Of a stretch of DNA of 64,000 nt, positions 1 to 12,684 are shown in pieces. The stretch lies in assembly GCA_030390025.1 (NCBI GenBank), contig CM059432.1, positions 119,166,001 through 119,230,000 on the forward strand. The letters are read 5' to 3'. Positions within the stretch are counted from its first letter, which is position 1. Each line of letters starts with the position of its first letter. The notes below the pieces were generated by a model. It saw nothing but the letters and a program-made list of their open reading frames with translations. It was not told the origin of the DNA and made no database searches. Source of the DNA: Squalus acanthias. Its lineage: Eukaryota. Both the position numbers and the translations under genes were made by a program.

Positions 1-495
1 GCAAGACGCCATAAAAATGAAAGGCACTATATAAATGTAAGTCTTTCTTTCTTTTTGGGAAAGGAGTTGAAGCCAGCGCTAGGACTAGGCACCCGGAGGC
101 TCGGTAAGGCTCTGATTGACAATTAAATTGCCTGCTAGCACTCATTAAAGAGGCTGCACGCCAATTTGGTGGCTAGTGCTTTAATTAACGACCTCTCCTA
201 ACAGCGACCAGCTGGACAGGTAAACAAGTCATTGCTGAGGATTTCGAGTGCTACTTAAAGCTATGCTCAGGTTTCACTATTCAACTGTTGCTGGGGGTTT
301 GAAGAGAACTTTTGAGACACATCGGGAGACTTTCTGGGAAATTTTGTCAAGACTTCACCAACACTCTATCAACATTCATTCTGGAAATTCTCTGAGGACT
401 TCACCAAAAGAGAGTGAGTGCTGTGCTACTGTAACATATTGGACTCCTTATAGGAGCCACCAGGAGAAAGGGAGAGCTTGGTCATGGGCATCTTT

Positions 496-720
496 CTAGG
501 GAACCCTTTTAGTCTTCAGGAGGAATGGGAGGAGGACATGAGGCCAGGTAGAGCAGCACCAGCTGCTGCAGGAGAGAGGGACAGGAGGACGAGGAGGGCA
601 AGATGGACTCCTTTCCCCCTGCGGGTACAGGGCATCCTTCCTCCTCTGGAGCTCCTCCACCAGGACCGCCAATGCTGTGTGTGGAAACCTGTGAGCCCTC
701 TTCCTCGGTCCCTGAGCCAA
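496..720 (-). pseudogene. Myb/SANT-like DNA-binding ORF remnant of a Harbinger transposon
   Basis: RKRAHRFPHTALAVLVEELQRRKDALYP resembles the Myb-like starts at 51112 (PRFLDAALEVLVKEVERRRDVLYP) and 57102. Confidence 0.7.
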
Positions 721-1179
721 CCTGAAACGCTCTGTTGTGTGTCAGCCAGCGCACTCCATACCTTCAGTGGAAGTGGGTGCATGGAGCCCACATATACAGC
801 TCCACGAGAATTGCTTCTAAACAGCGATTGAGTGCTCAACCTGCATGTGTCTGTTTAAATCATGGTAATCATCAATTAACTCCAAAATTATGGGCCAAAG
901 CCAGACTTTCCAACAGGCATATCTTATTAGCACAGCACCCATTTAGCGTCTGTTTTCACCCTTTCACCAAAATAACCCCCAATATGTCTTTGGTGGTGAT
1001 GGTTGAGGGAGGAATATTGGACAGGTCACTAACAGAACTCCCTGCTATTTGTTGAACAGTGCCATGGGATCTTTGGCATCCACTTGAATATGCAGACTGA
1101 GCCTCATCTGAAAGACAACACCTCTTGCAATGTAACACTTCCTTAGTACTGCACTGAAGTGTCATCCTAGATTATGTAG

Positions 1180-1356
1180 TCATGATGTGCTCTTTGATGT
1201 AGGGAAAGATGTGAATAGATTTTGTCTGTGTTTAAATTGTGAATTCTGGGAGATTCTCTCACTGCTAACTTACCTGACGAAGGAGCGAACTGCTCCGAAA
1301 GCTTGTAAAATTAAATAAATCTGTTGGACTATAACCTGGTGTTGTGCGACTTCTCA
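1180..1356 (+). mobile_element. Penelope-like 3' terminal fragment with 12-bp TSD
   Basis: Shares CTCCGAAAGCTTGT..CTGTTGGACTATAACCTGGTGTTGTGCGAC with 12582-12640; TAGATTATGTAG duplicated at 1168-1179 and 1357-1368. Confidence 0.85.
1270..1308 (+). ncRNA. Minimal type I hammerhead ribozyme
   Basis: TTAC-CTGACGA-A-GGAGC(gaact)GCTCC-GAAA-GCTT-GTAA. Confidence 0.75.
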
Positions 1357-1717
1357 TAGATTATGTAGGGCTTGAATCCACAGCTTTTTGACTCACAGGC
1401 GAGGATGCTAGTAATTGAGCCAAGCTGCCACTAGCGGATAGAAAAGAACAGCTGAGAAATGCAAAACTAATTGTGCTCAACAAGTTCTTCTCCAATTTAT
1501 AATGCCGTCAACTTGTAGAAAGATTTTTCCCATGTTGCGACTGTAAATTCTTGTTAAAATCACCTCTAAACATTTTCTGTTCCTTTGTGGACTATATGTA
1601 GCACATGCCATGAATCAGTCTTAAACCATTACCCTCTTAAACACTCTTTGTTCATTTTGCTGATTTTGAATCGAGAAGGTTGAACTTTATTAATCTTTTT
1701 ATAATGAGTATTCGTAG

Positions 1718-2971
1718 GTGGTGGGGAAACTTTTAGAGCCAATAATCCGGGACAAAATTAATTGTCACTTGGAAAAATATGGGTTAATAAATGACAGCCA
1801 GCATGGATTTGTTAAAGGCAAATCATGTTTGTCTAACTTGATTGAGCTCTTTGATGAATTAACAAAGAGGGTTGATGGAGGTAGTGCTGTTGATGATTTG
1901 TAGATGGACTTTCAAAAGATGTTTCATAAAGTACCACATAATAGACTTGTTAGAAAAATTAAAGCCCATGAGATTAAAGGGACAGTGGCAGCGTGGATAT
2001 GAAATTGGCTGTGAGACAGAAAGCAGAGAGTAGTGGTAAACGGTTGTTTTTCAGACTGGAGGGAGGTATACTGTGGGTGTCCCCCAGGGGTCGGTATTAG
2101 GACCACTGCTCTTTTTGATATATATTAATGACCTGAACTTTGGTATGCAGGGCATAATTTCAAAGTTTGCAGATGATACAAAGCTCAAAAATATAGCAAA
2201 CAGTGAGGATTTCATGCAGAGAAGCGTGAACTGATGCATTTTGGTAAGAAGAATGAGGAGAGGCGATATAAACTAAAGGGTAGAATTTTAAAGGGGGTGC
2301 AGGATAAAAGAGAACTAGGGGTATATGTACACAAATCATTGAAGCTGGCAGGTCAAGTTGAGCAGGCTGTTAAAGAAATCATACGTGATCCTTGGCTTCA
2401 TAAGCAAAGGCATTGAGTACAAATACAAGGAAGTTATGCTAAACATTTATAAATCACTGGTTAGGCCCCAGCTAGAAGAGTGTGTCCAACTCTGGGCTCC
2501 ACGCGTTAGGAAGGATGTCAAGGTCTTAGAGAGGGTGCAGAGGAGATTTACTAGAATGGTACCAGGGATGTGGGACTTCAGTTACGTGGAGCGATTAGAG
2601 AATATGGGGTTGTTCTCCTTAGAGAAGGTTATGGGGAGCTTTAATAGAGGTGTTCAAAAATATGAGGGTTTTTGATAGAGTAAATAAAGAGAAACTGTTT
2701 CTAGTGGCAGAAAGGTCGGATACAGAATTAAGGTAAATTGGAAAAAGAACCAGAGGCGAGATGAGGAGTACTTTTTTACACAGTGAGTTGTTAATGATCT
2801 GGAATGCACTGCCTGAAATGGTGGTGGAAGCAGATTCATTCGTAACGTTCAAAAGGGAATTGGTTAAATACTTGAAATGGAAACATTTGGAGTGCTATGG
2901 GGAAAGAGCAGGGAGGTGGGACAAATTGGAAAGTTCTTTCAAGTACTCGGCACAAGCATGATGGGCCAAAT
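1718..2971 (+). mobile_element. CR1 LINE, 5'-truncated (RT C-terminal region and 3' UTR), decayed
   Basis: Peptides SQHGFVKGKSCLSNLIE, YKSLVRPQLEEC, LERVQRRFTRM; tail resumes at 4105 after a solo LTR. Confidence 0.9.
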
Positions 2972-4104
2972 TGTGAAGGAATAAGCCATATAACCTATTC
3001 AGAAAAATACACTATCTTATGAAAGAATTCTGGTCTTATTAAAACATGACAAACTGGGTTTGGAAATTTAGAAACCTAACTATGAAATAGCTATGAAAGC
3101 ATTCTGGCTATTGAGATAAGACAGTTGTTGACCCTGAATAAATAACCTTATTGAAACAGAAGGTGAAAGGCTCCGACAAGCTGAACTTTTGTGAAAAAAA
3201 CAATGGTTCACCCTGGATAAGGTGTTCGAATTTAAACTTCGTAAAGAAGCACATAAGATAAGGAACACCTGCCCTCCTAAAGATGACATAAAGTGAGGAA
3301 CACCTGCCGTCACACCATTTTTATATGATAAACTTAGAACGCCGAGAGATGAGACATGAGTCTGGCTGAGGTGGCAGTAAGAGCTGCAGAGGTCGGCAGA
3401 AAGATGACTAGAGATAATTAGCTTCCATCAGCAGAAAACCTTAAAGGAGATACCACCGGAAAAGGGTATAAATATTGAACTCTCAAATGGGATAACAGAC
3501 TAGCTTTAATCGGGCAAAGCGATTCTCGGCTTCAGAGACGGCTCTGTAGTCTCCAACTCTTTGTACCTCAATGATCAAAGGTATTTGATATTGGTGGATA
3601 TCCTGTAGAAAACTTTAAGAACTGTAATACTGTAGCGAAGTTAAGATTTGAAAGTAAGATTCTCTGTTAAAAAGATCGTATGTTTTCTCTTTTTGGAACT
3701 GTTAATGTTGCGATTGACTCATCAACTGTAAATTGCATGTCGGTTCTTTAATAAATCTATATATTTTTAGAATTGTCTCACATAAGACTTCTGTATCAAA
3801 AACTCACAAACTCAATCTCTGTGCACTCTTTGGTGGAGAGTTACAGAATTCTGGGGGAGTTTTCCGGACCCTCATAATATCCGGAACATTACAGTCTAGC
3901 TAAACTTATTAAAAGCACTATCTTGAGGACGGTAACATTGTCGGGTTGTTCCTTTCCTTTAGGGAGAGATAGTCCAGAACTTTAGACCCAATTAAGCGTC
4001 TTCAGGATTCGGCTACCTCAAACTTTAGTTGAAAGTGAACGTCTGAGAAATACGCCTGATCCAGGGTAGCCCCAAAGGGGCTAGGAGTAGTAAATATCCC
4101 TTCA
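2972..4104 (+). mobile_element. Solo LTR (about 1.13 kb) inserted in the CR1 tail
   Basis: TG...CA ends with TGAAGG/CCTTCA inverted termini; AAAT on both sides; TATAAA near 3467; AATAAA near 3750; diverged inverted copy at 39131. Confidence 0.75.
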
Positions 4105-4561
4105 AAATGGCCTCCTGTACTGCATCATTTTACGTGCAAATTTCTGTAAAACTGCTAGTAGAGTGAATAACAGACCAGTTCCTTCATTCAGAATGGCCAC
4201 TGGTTCTGCAATTACTAAGTCCAATGAGTTACAGTTCACTTTTCCCCGCCAGTTACTTTTGTTCCTCTTCAAAATGGTTTCTTAAGGCAATATCTCCTGA
4301 TTATGGCAGATGCAGGATTTCATTTTCTCCTACTGATTCCACAACTCTCATTACTTTCAAGAAAGTATGAGAGGTCATCGAGGTAATCTTAAGAGATAAT
4401 GCCAACTCTCTTGAAATTCCATGTATTTTTAACAGCATCATCTACATTGACACAAATCACAGGGTTTAACACAAGTTGCCATCAACTGCTGAAAGCATTT
4501 TCAATGAAGGAAACATCAGCTCACTGTCTCATATTATATGGTTCTGGTAATGAGTAATATT

Positions 4562-5220
4562 GGGCTAGAAATTGCGGTCGGAGGCGTACCTCCGGAGTAC
4601 GCCGCCGACCCACGAAACAATTCCAAACGTACCTGCTGGTGCCCAGCCTGTGAAAACTTGCGGTCTCAGGCCTCGAGGCGGAGGGCAGCATAATGGCCCA
4701 CAGATCCAAGGGACGCAGGCGGTGCGGAAGCGTACCTGGGATCATGTGGGCCCAGTCCTCCAATGATAAAAGAAAATTCAACTTTAATCATATACACAGG
4801 GAATCCCCTAATGAGATGCAATGGCATCCCCCAAATCTAATAATTATACAATGTACATAATTGGAATTTTATTCATAATTACCTTCATTCCAACAATGTA
4901 ATTTTTTGATAATTTTATACATAATTAAAACTGTAATCCAGGTCAATATTGGCATAAGCTCATTTAATACAGCGTATGTGCATAATTTAGGATATGAAAA
5001 TGTTTAATTAAAGCCTTAGATATCCACTTACGTTGATGCAAACAGGCCCTGTACCTGCTTACATCAACTGTAAGACTTCCTTGCGCAATCACTGGCCAGG
5101 CTGCAAGTTCCAGATTTCGCGCAAGCGCAAGCGGAAATCCCGAACTTGCGGTGGATTTCAAAGGGAATACGACGGCGTACTCTGAGAGCACACTGTTATA
5201 CATGCCACAATTTCAGGGCC
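4562..5220. mobile_element. Harbinger-type non-autonomous element (MITE)
   Basis: Imperfect TIRs GGGCTAGAAATTGCGG / CCACAATTTCAGGGCC; 3-bp TSD ATT; CpG-rich subterminal regions. Confidence 0.65.
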
Positions 5221-5752
5221 ATTATGTATGTTAGCAAATTTAAAAGAATTAGCTTACACAACTAAACAAAAGTGAAAGCCCTGCATCTCATTCTAAAAAT
5301 CTGAAAGATTTCATTGGCGTGTTCCACTCAGCATGAATTTTAATCTCTGCAGGGGGAGCGGTCACCTGCTGGGATTGTCCATATGTCTAGGCAGCGTGCC
5401 AGGCACTTGTCTGATAGTCAGCTCTTCCTGCTCGTGCCTCTTTAGTCTGGGTGAAATATTGATTCAGGCATCTCTTGCAGCGTTTGCCACTTGGTGCCAC
5501 ATGGAGACAAAAAAGTTTTGAACCACCTGCCACAGATTTTTTTAACACTTTGAGGAAACATCAGCCTTAAGAGAACCCTAAGCTGCTATAATTATCATCT
5601 GCTAATTCAGCTTTGATCCTTCAGATAACCATAAGCCTTAAGGTTGCAAGCTAACTCTTCATAAATGATTGTTTATTTTGTTATTTCTGTTGTTGATTTG
5701 ATAACTATATGCTAAATTAAGCTGTAACCTGACTACTATGATAGGGCTCTCT

Positions 5753-5950
5753 CATAGGAACAGGAGTAGGTAATTCAGCCCCTCGAGCCTATTCGCTCAT
5801 TCAATTAGATCACGGCTGATCTGTATCTTAACTCCGTTTATCCGCCTTGGTTCCATATCTCTTAATATCCTTACCTAACAAAATTCTATCAGTCTCATTT
5901 TTAAAATTTTCACTTGACCTAGCCTCAACAGCTTTTTGTGGGGGAGAGTT
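5753..5950 (-). mobile_element. CR1 3' end fragment
   Basis: CATAGGAACAGGAGTAGG..TTCAGCCCCTCGAGCCT is the reverse complement of the CR1 tail at 26830-26885. Confidence 0.75.
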
Positions 5951-6249
5951 CTCAATGCCTTAGCAAAGTTATCCAGTGTGTAATTAAGCCATACAATCCA
6001 AAACATAAATTTCATGGTTTTACAAGGGTAAAGTTGGTGAAGATTCTCAGTCCTGAGTACTATCCAGTGATTGCTTCTGGAAGTACATGTGTGTGGACAC
6101 TGGACGAGGACAGGACCTGGTTCAGCTGGAACTTCCTCTGTGATCGAGTAGCCTGCCGAAATTCAGTGGCAGATAACAATTGAAGCATGGGAGGCTGCGG
6201 CATGGCAAGCATAGAGGAGAGCAGGGAGCCTGTGCACAAGCTGTGTGCC

Positions 6250-6650
6250 ATGCTCATTAGGCCCCTGGCTTTGATGTGAATCAGGCAGCTGCACCATAAT
6301 GTTGCAGAAGCACCTAAGCAGCGATCCGGCCCTATAATGACTTTTTGGAATGGGCGGTGAAGGAAAGGCTACATTGTGGGGAAAAAATTCCTGGACACTG
6401 CAGCCGGGTGTATCCCCAGTACCTCGGACCCCTGGAATTCCTGTCATCTTGCCTAGTGCCTCACATGCGCCTTTCTCCCTCCACTATCCTATACCTTCCG
6501 TGCTTCATGTCTGCTGGACCTCTACCCAACCATACCTCATGTGGAAAAATCACCCGGTACAACAAAGTGCAGCCAATAACCCTTCACTGGCTGCTGGTGT
6601 TTGACATTGCAGCCCTTGCACTTCTTATGCATCATGGGTGATACAGCCAG
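6250..6650 (+). pseudogene. Possible highly decayed Harbinger (HARBI1-like) transposase remnant
   Basis: Scattered matches (AGGAAAGGCTAC = RKGY, CCTGG, TACAACAAAGTGCA = YNKV) in the expected order; no intact frame. Confidence 0.35.
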
Positions 6651-7487
6651 AGTGCCAGAAAACTAAGCAATTGAGCTGATCTGTCAGCTTATTTGTATGC
6701 AGGCGCACATTAATGCCTGTTTAGTACTGGCAACCATGGTACTGAGTGTGAGGCACCTTATTGGTCCCTCAGTGCCAAAGCTTCGTACATGCTTATTAGG
6801 ACTATCCACCAAAGAATCAACAGGGTAAATTTTATAAATGTATACCCCAAACATGGAGCCTTGCCCAGCGAGAATGTATATTGGATGATTTATGTGCATG
6901 CCCTCCGTGGTCTGTTGTTCATTATGGATGGAAAATGGTGCCTGTTCATTAAATTCAATCACCCCTCTTCAGGGAAGGAGAGGAAAAGAATTGATGCAAT
7001 TACAAAAAAAAGCTACACAGTTAAAATCTTTTAGCATGTAGAGTGAGAAAACACATCTTACAGATATATGATGTGTGTACAAGTATTTTTAATTAATCTA
7101 TGATTGCGTTTTAATTAATGGACCCAATATTCATTTTACAGTCTCAGTTTTTCTCTTTGTATGAGTGTGGATGGGAGATCAGTAACACCATGACTTGCTA
7201 TGGTTGAATTAAAACTGTATTCCCATCTTGACTTATAAAAATGAATTGAAACTGACTTGCAGCTTGTACAATGGACATTACCCACTAATTCCATGCTAAC
7301 TGCACTTATAGTTCTTGAATGCATCTGAAATGTATACATGGAGACTTGTGTTCAATAGACTAAAACGTCTCTTAATTCAGATGATGGGAAGGGTGGGGAT
7401 TTGGGACTTATAAAAAAGTAGCATAGAAATAGATTTTATATAGAGGCATAGATGCTTACAGCATAGAAGGAGGTCATTTGAACAATC

Positions 7488-8140
7488 GGGGGGGAATTTT
7501 AACCCCCCCCCACAACGGGCAGGAGAGGGTTGGGGGTTGTGGAGGGGGCTAAATTAGTAAAAATGTGAAACCCGACCCCAACCCATCCCGAAAGCGTCTA
7601 CTTCCAGTTTAACCGCGGCAGCTTTGGGGCATCCAAGTAACCTGCTTTGGAGAGGCGGGTCCATGATTATAATATTTAAGTGAGGCTCCATTCCTCAGAT
7701 TTGGCAGGAATTGAAATTTAACGCTGGACGGCTGTGTTTCTCAGGGCTTGGGAAATTCAGTAGCAAAAGGGAGGCAGGTGCTGCCAGATCTAACAAGAAA
7801 GTACTTATAAGAGTACAGCTTGTGAGCCAGGAAGAGCAGGAATGCTTCCCCCAGCTACTCAAGTTAATCTTCCACCGTGATCTTCTGACTTCCCCGCGAT
7901 TTTCGGACCTACCACTATCTTTCCCTCCCTTCCTCCCTCCCGCTGCTGTGCTCCGAGTCCCTCCAGCACACCCGGATCTTCTCCAACTGGTCCCAGGCTG
8001 CTTCAGGCCGGCTGCCAGCCGGGAAATGGAGTAAAAATATGATAATGAGGTCCTGCCGTTAAATTCGGCAGGACTTACGCGTTCCTGACATTTCCGCGTT
8101 TCACTCTGTGCCCCTGCTCCTTCCCCGCCTCCCCCATATA
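7488..8140. mobile_element. Harbinger-type non-autonomous element
   Basis: Starts GGGGGGAATTTTAACCCC; a related end lies in reverse at 41130-41384; right boundary uncertain. Confidence 0.5.
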
Positions 8141-8149
8141 TAGGGGCTA

Positions 8150-8745
8150 TCGTGTCTGCGCCAGCTCTTTGCTAGAGCAAGTCAGAACTAATCACACTGC
8201 TCTCTCTCTGTGCCTTGTATCTTTTTCTGCTTCAAATATTTATCCAATTTTCCCTTAAAAGGTGCAATGATTCCCGTCTCAACCACTCTCCGTGGAAAAG
8301 CATTCCGTGCCCTAAACACACTGTGCAAAGAAATCTCTCCTCACCTTTATTCTCTTTCAGTGAGAATTTGAAATTAGTAACCTATCATCACTGACTCCCC
8401 AACCAGAGAATATAGTCTTTTCCTATTCACTCTGTCAAAACCTTTCATAATTTAAAAGAAAGCTGTATTGGATCTCCACATAGCTTTAACTGCTCCAGTG
8501 GCAACAGTTCCAGTATCTCAGTATCTCAGTCTCTAATTTAAACTATATCATCATCCTAGTGAATCTACATTGTACGGATTCTAGTGTTCTTTCTATAATT
8601 TTAGTGTCAAACATTTGAACCCTTAGATCTCTCCATGTTCATCTGCACCCTTTAGTGTCTTTCCATTAGGTGTACACTCCCAGTCCTTGTTTTGTCCCCC
8701 CAAAATCTATTTCCTCACACGTATCCACATTAAATTGCACCCCAC
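8150..8745 (-). mobile_element. Old CR1 3' fragment
   Basis: TCAAATATTTATCCAATT, GCATTCC, TCTTTTCCTATTCACTCTGTCAAAACC are reverse complements of CR1 3' motifs. Confidence 0.6.
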
Positions 8746-9454
8746 CCACACTGGAATTTAAAGGGGTACTTTAGTTGGGGTGGAATCCCGGGAGAATTGG
8801 GTTCCATCCCAAACACCTGGCACTCTACTCCTCTCAGAAATCTCCTGTTCCTCCCCAAACTCAAGCATTTCAGCGACCTGAATTTTTATAAATTGCACAG
8901 CATAATATCCAATTTGAGATTTTATATTTAATGATCATTTATTTTTCTACTCTTTTAAATGTAACTAAAAAGTAAACATTTTTTTTTTCTTGACTTCTAT
9001 TTCATTTTTGCCGGTTTCTTTTGGCTGAAAGTATAATCTCAGTAATCCACTATTGAAAAAAAATGGACTTGGTTCAGTACCAGTCAGGTGATGTACATTT
9101 AATTTTTTTTTACTCGATGTCACACTCGCTACTTTTATCAGCTTATCAAAAATAAAGGAATAAGTAAAGAGAGGGTGGGGCAACTCCGGATGAAGGGAGA
9201 ATGAGTCATAGACGATGAAGGTATGACAGAGGAATCAAGTAAATATTTTTCATGTTTTTTTTTTCCAATAATGGCGTCAGTGATAACATAGCTCTGTGAG
9301 AGGATTACACAATTATTGGAAATAGCTATAGAAAGGAATTGGTTCTGAATAAAAAAGTTGACCGTAAGTCACCAGATCCTGATGGCATGCGCCCTTGACC
9401 GTTGAAGAGAGGCAATAGCAGAGGCTACTGAAGTCTATAGTGGAATAGCGAGAG

Positions 9455-9630
9455 CAAATGGATAATTTTAATCTAATTCGCCAGGCATGAAACCCACAGG
9501 ATTGGGTGGAACGCTGGTTTTACACCTGCCCAATATTACTCTCCATTGACTTCGGGCCGGGTGTAAAACAAGCGTGTACCTGATCCCGTCAGTTTACCAG
9601 CAGATGGGTTAGGTTAACATTGTCCCCCAA
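9455..9630. mobile_element. Short palindromic MITE
   Basis: Arms GTTTTACACCTGCCC / GGCCGGGTGTAAAAC around CTCCATTGACTTC; similar core at 26047-26205. Confidence 0.5.
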
Positions 9631-9664
9631 AGGTTTCAAATGCATAATTACCTGAAAGTGCCTG

Positions 9665-10045
9665 TGTAGGTTTATCTAGCTTCCCCTTAAATGCATCTAT
9701 ACAATTCAACTGAACTACTCCCTGTGGTAGCGCGTTCCAAATTCTAACAACTCTCTGAGTAAAGAAGTTTCTCCTCAATTCCCTATTGGATTTCTTAGGG
9801 ACTATCTCATATTTATGGCCCCTATTTTAGGTCTACCCTACAAGTGGAAACATCTCTACATCTACCCTTTCATAATCTTAAAGACCTCTATCCGGTCACC
9901 CCTCAGCTTTCTCTTTTCTAGAGAAAAGAACCCCCAGCCTGTTCATTCTTTCCTGATAGGTATAACCTCTCAGATCTGGTATCATCCTTGAAAATATTTT
10001 TTGCACCTTCTCCAGTGCCCCTATATCCTTTTTATAAAACCAAAG
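9665..10045 (-). mobile_element. CR1 fragment
   Basis: ORF 9896-10129 includes YKKDIGALEKVQKIFSRMIPDLRGYTYQERMNRLG. Confidence 0.8.
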
Positions 10046-10264
10046 ATGCAGTGTAGATTCTCCAGATGATACCAGCGAAGAGAAATTATAGTTAAGAAGA
10101 GAGGCTTGAGAAACTGAGACTATTTTCATTGGAACAGAAAAGACTATAGAGGTTTTTAAAATTATGAAGGGTTTTGAAAGGGTAAATACATTAAGGAGTC
10201 AGTGGCAAGGGTCTTCAATTGAACATTGTCAAAGAGTAGAGAGTAAGGTTAGGCAAAATGTATT
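10046..10264 (+). mobile_element. CR1 3' region, left part (target of the Penelope insertion)
   Basis: CR1 motifs (GAGGTTTTTAAAATTATGAAGGGTTTTGA); continues at 15822. Confidence 0.75.
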
Positions 10265-10318
10265 CAAAATTGAGAGGTCGCACAACACCAGGTTATAGTC
10301 CAACAGTTTTATTTGAAA

Positions 10319-10361
10319 TCACAAGCTTTCGGAGCTATCGATTTGCTCCTTCCTCAGGTGA
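10319..10361 (-). ncRNA. Minimal hammerhead ribozyme in the inverted terminal repeat
   Basis: Exact reverse complement of 12555-12597. Confidence 0.8.
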
Positions 10362-10580
10362 AGTAAATTAGATACAGAATCTCCAAAGCATATATAGATG
10401 GAAAACAAAGCATGTGTACTTTACAATTGCAGACCAATAAATTAAATCATCCTGACTATCTGCCGAGGTGTGATAAAGTTAATTAAGTCAGCCAGGAAGG
10501 TACCACATCAAAGACATAGCAAGATACAACTGAGACAATGAGGTGTAGTCGCAGGGGTTCTAACGTGTCAAAAGCTGCCG

Positions 10581-12222
10581 TCCAGACCTTCAAAACATCC
10601 TACGCGCTCTCATCCCACGTAATCCCCGCGTGGGAGACTTCTACTGCCTCCCAAAGATACACAAAGCCAACACACCCGGACGTCCTATCGTATCAGGCAA
10701 TGGAACCCTGTGTGAGAACCTCTCTGGATACGTCGAGGGCATTCTGAAACCCATCGTACAGGGAACCCCCAGCTTCTGTCGCGACACTACAGACTTCTTA
10801 CAGAAACTCAGCACCCACGGACCAGTTGAACCAGGAACACTCCTTGCCACGATGGACGTATCGGCACTCTACACCAGTATCCCCCACGATGACGGCATCG
10901 CTGCAACAGCCTCAGTACTCAACATCAACAACAGCCAATCTCCAGACGCCATCCTACAACTCATCCGCTTCATCCTTGACCACAATGTCTTCACCTTCGA
11001 CAACCATTTTTTTACCCAAACACACGGAACAGCCATGGGGACCAAATTCGCACCCCAATACGCCAACATCTTCATGCACAAGTTCGAGCAAGACTTCTTC
11101 GCTGCACAGGACCTCCAGCCAACGCTGTATACCAGATACATCGACGACATTTTCTTCCTTTGGACCCATGGCGAAGGATCACTGAAAAGACTACACGATA
11201 ACATAAACATGTTCCATCCCACCATCAAACTCACCATGGACTACTCCTCAGAATCAGTCTCATTCCTGGACACACGAATCTCCATCAAAGACGGACACCT
11301 CAGCACTTCACTCTACCGCAAGCCCACGGACAACCTCACGATGCTCCACTTCTCCAGCTTCCACCCTAACCATGTTAAAGAAGCCATCCCCTATGGACAA
11401 GCCCTGCGAATACACAGGATCTGCTCAGACGAGGAGGAACGCGATGGACACCTACGGACGCTGAAAAACGCCCTCGTAAGAACGGGATATGACGCTCGAC
11501 TCATCGATCGACAGTTCCGACGGGCCACAGCGAAAAATCGCATAGACCTCCTCAGAAGGCAAACACGGGACACAACCAACAGGGTACCCTACGTCGTCCA
11601 GTACTTCCCCGGAGCGGAGAAACTACGCCATGTTCTTCGCAGCCTTCAACATGTCATCGATGACGACAAACACCTCGCTAAGGCCACCCCCACGCCTCCA
11701 CTACTTGCCTTCAAACAGCCGCCTAACCTCAGAAGTACCATCGTTCGCAGCAAATTACCCAGCTTTCAGGATAACAGCGACCACGACACCACACAACCCT
11801 GCCATGGCAAACTCTGCAAGACATGCCAGATCATCAACACAGATACCACCATCACACGTGAGGACACTACCCACCAGGTACATGGTACATACTCATGTGA
11901 CTCGGCCAACGTTGTCTACCTCATACGTTGCAGGAAAGAATGCACCGCGGCATGGTACATCGGCGAGACCATGCAGACACTGAGACAACGTATGAACGAG
12001 CACCGCGCAACAATCGCCAGGCAGGATTGTTACCTCCCAGTCGGGGAACACTTCAGCAGTCAAGGACATTCAGCCTCGGATCTGCGGGTAAGCGTTCTCC
12101 AAGGCAACCTTAGAAACACACGACAACGCAAAATCATCGAGCAGAAACTGATAGCCAAGTTCCGCACTCATGAAGACGGTCTCAATCGGGATCTTGGGTT
12201 TATGTCACGATACATGACGTGA
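10581..12222 (+). CDS. 5'-truncated Penelope RT + GIY-YIG endonuclease reading frame
   Basis: GRPIVS, MDVSALYTSI, GTAMG, RYIDD, CHGKLCKTC linker, VVYLIRC...YIGET, GLN; lacks N-terminus. Confidence 0.9.
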
Positions 12223-12554
12223 TCCGGACTCGAGTCGTCGTTAGCTTGTTCACAGATGTGATTCCCAGTAAAAAAGTAAAAATTTTCCCAGTAAAAAAGT
12301 AAAAAAATGTTAAAGCTTTTCGTTTTACATACAGACGGCAGCTTTTGACACGTTAGAACCCCTGCGACTACACCTCATTGTCTCAGTTGTATCTTGCTAT
12401 GTCTTTGATGTGGTACCTTCCTGGCTGACTTAATTAACTTTATCACACCTCGGCAGATAGTCAGGATGATTTAATTTATTGGTCTGCAATTGTAAAGTAC
12501 ACATGCTTTGTTTTCCATCTATATATGCTTTGGAGATTCTGTATCTAATTTACT

Positions 12555-12597
12555 TCACCTGAGGAAGGAGCAAATCGATAGCTCCGAAAGCTTGTGA
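12555..12597 (+). ncRNA. Minimal type I hammerhead ribozyme
   Basis: TCAC-CTGAGGA-A-GGAGC(aaatcgata)GCTCC-GAAA-GCTT-GTGA; palindromic AGCT stem III. Confidence 0.85.
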
Positions 12598-12684
12598 TTT
12601 CAAATAAAACTGTTGGACTATAACCTGGTGTTGTGCGACCTCTCAATTTTGTCCACCCCAGTCCAACACCGGCATCTCCGCATC

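Larger units (their letters stand above)
975..1430 (-). mobile_element. Deu-domain tRNA-derived SINE (SacSINE1-like), degraded, split by a Penelope fragment
   Basis: Reverse complement of SINE body (GTGCCATGGGATCTTT, GTACTGCACTG) and head (TGACTCACAGGCGAG..TGAGCC); interrupted at 1180-1356. Confidence 0.7.

Noticed and set aside
12613..12684. ORF-track start at 12613
   Set aside because: TTG start within the terminal repeat; first ATG is at 12685
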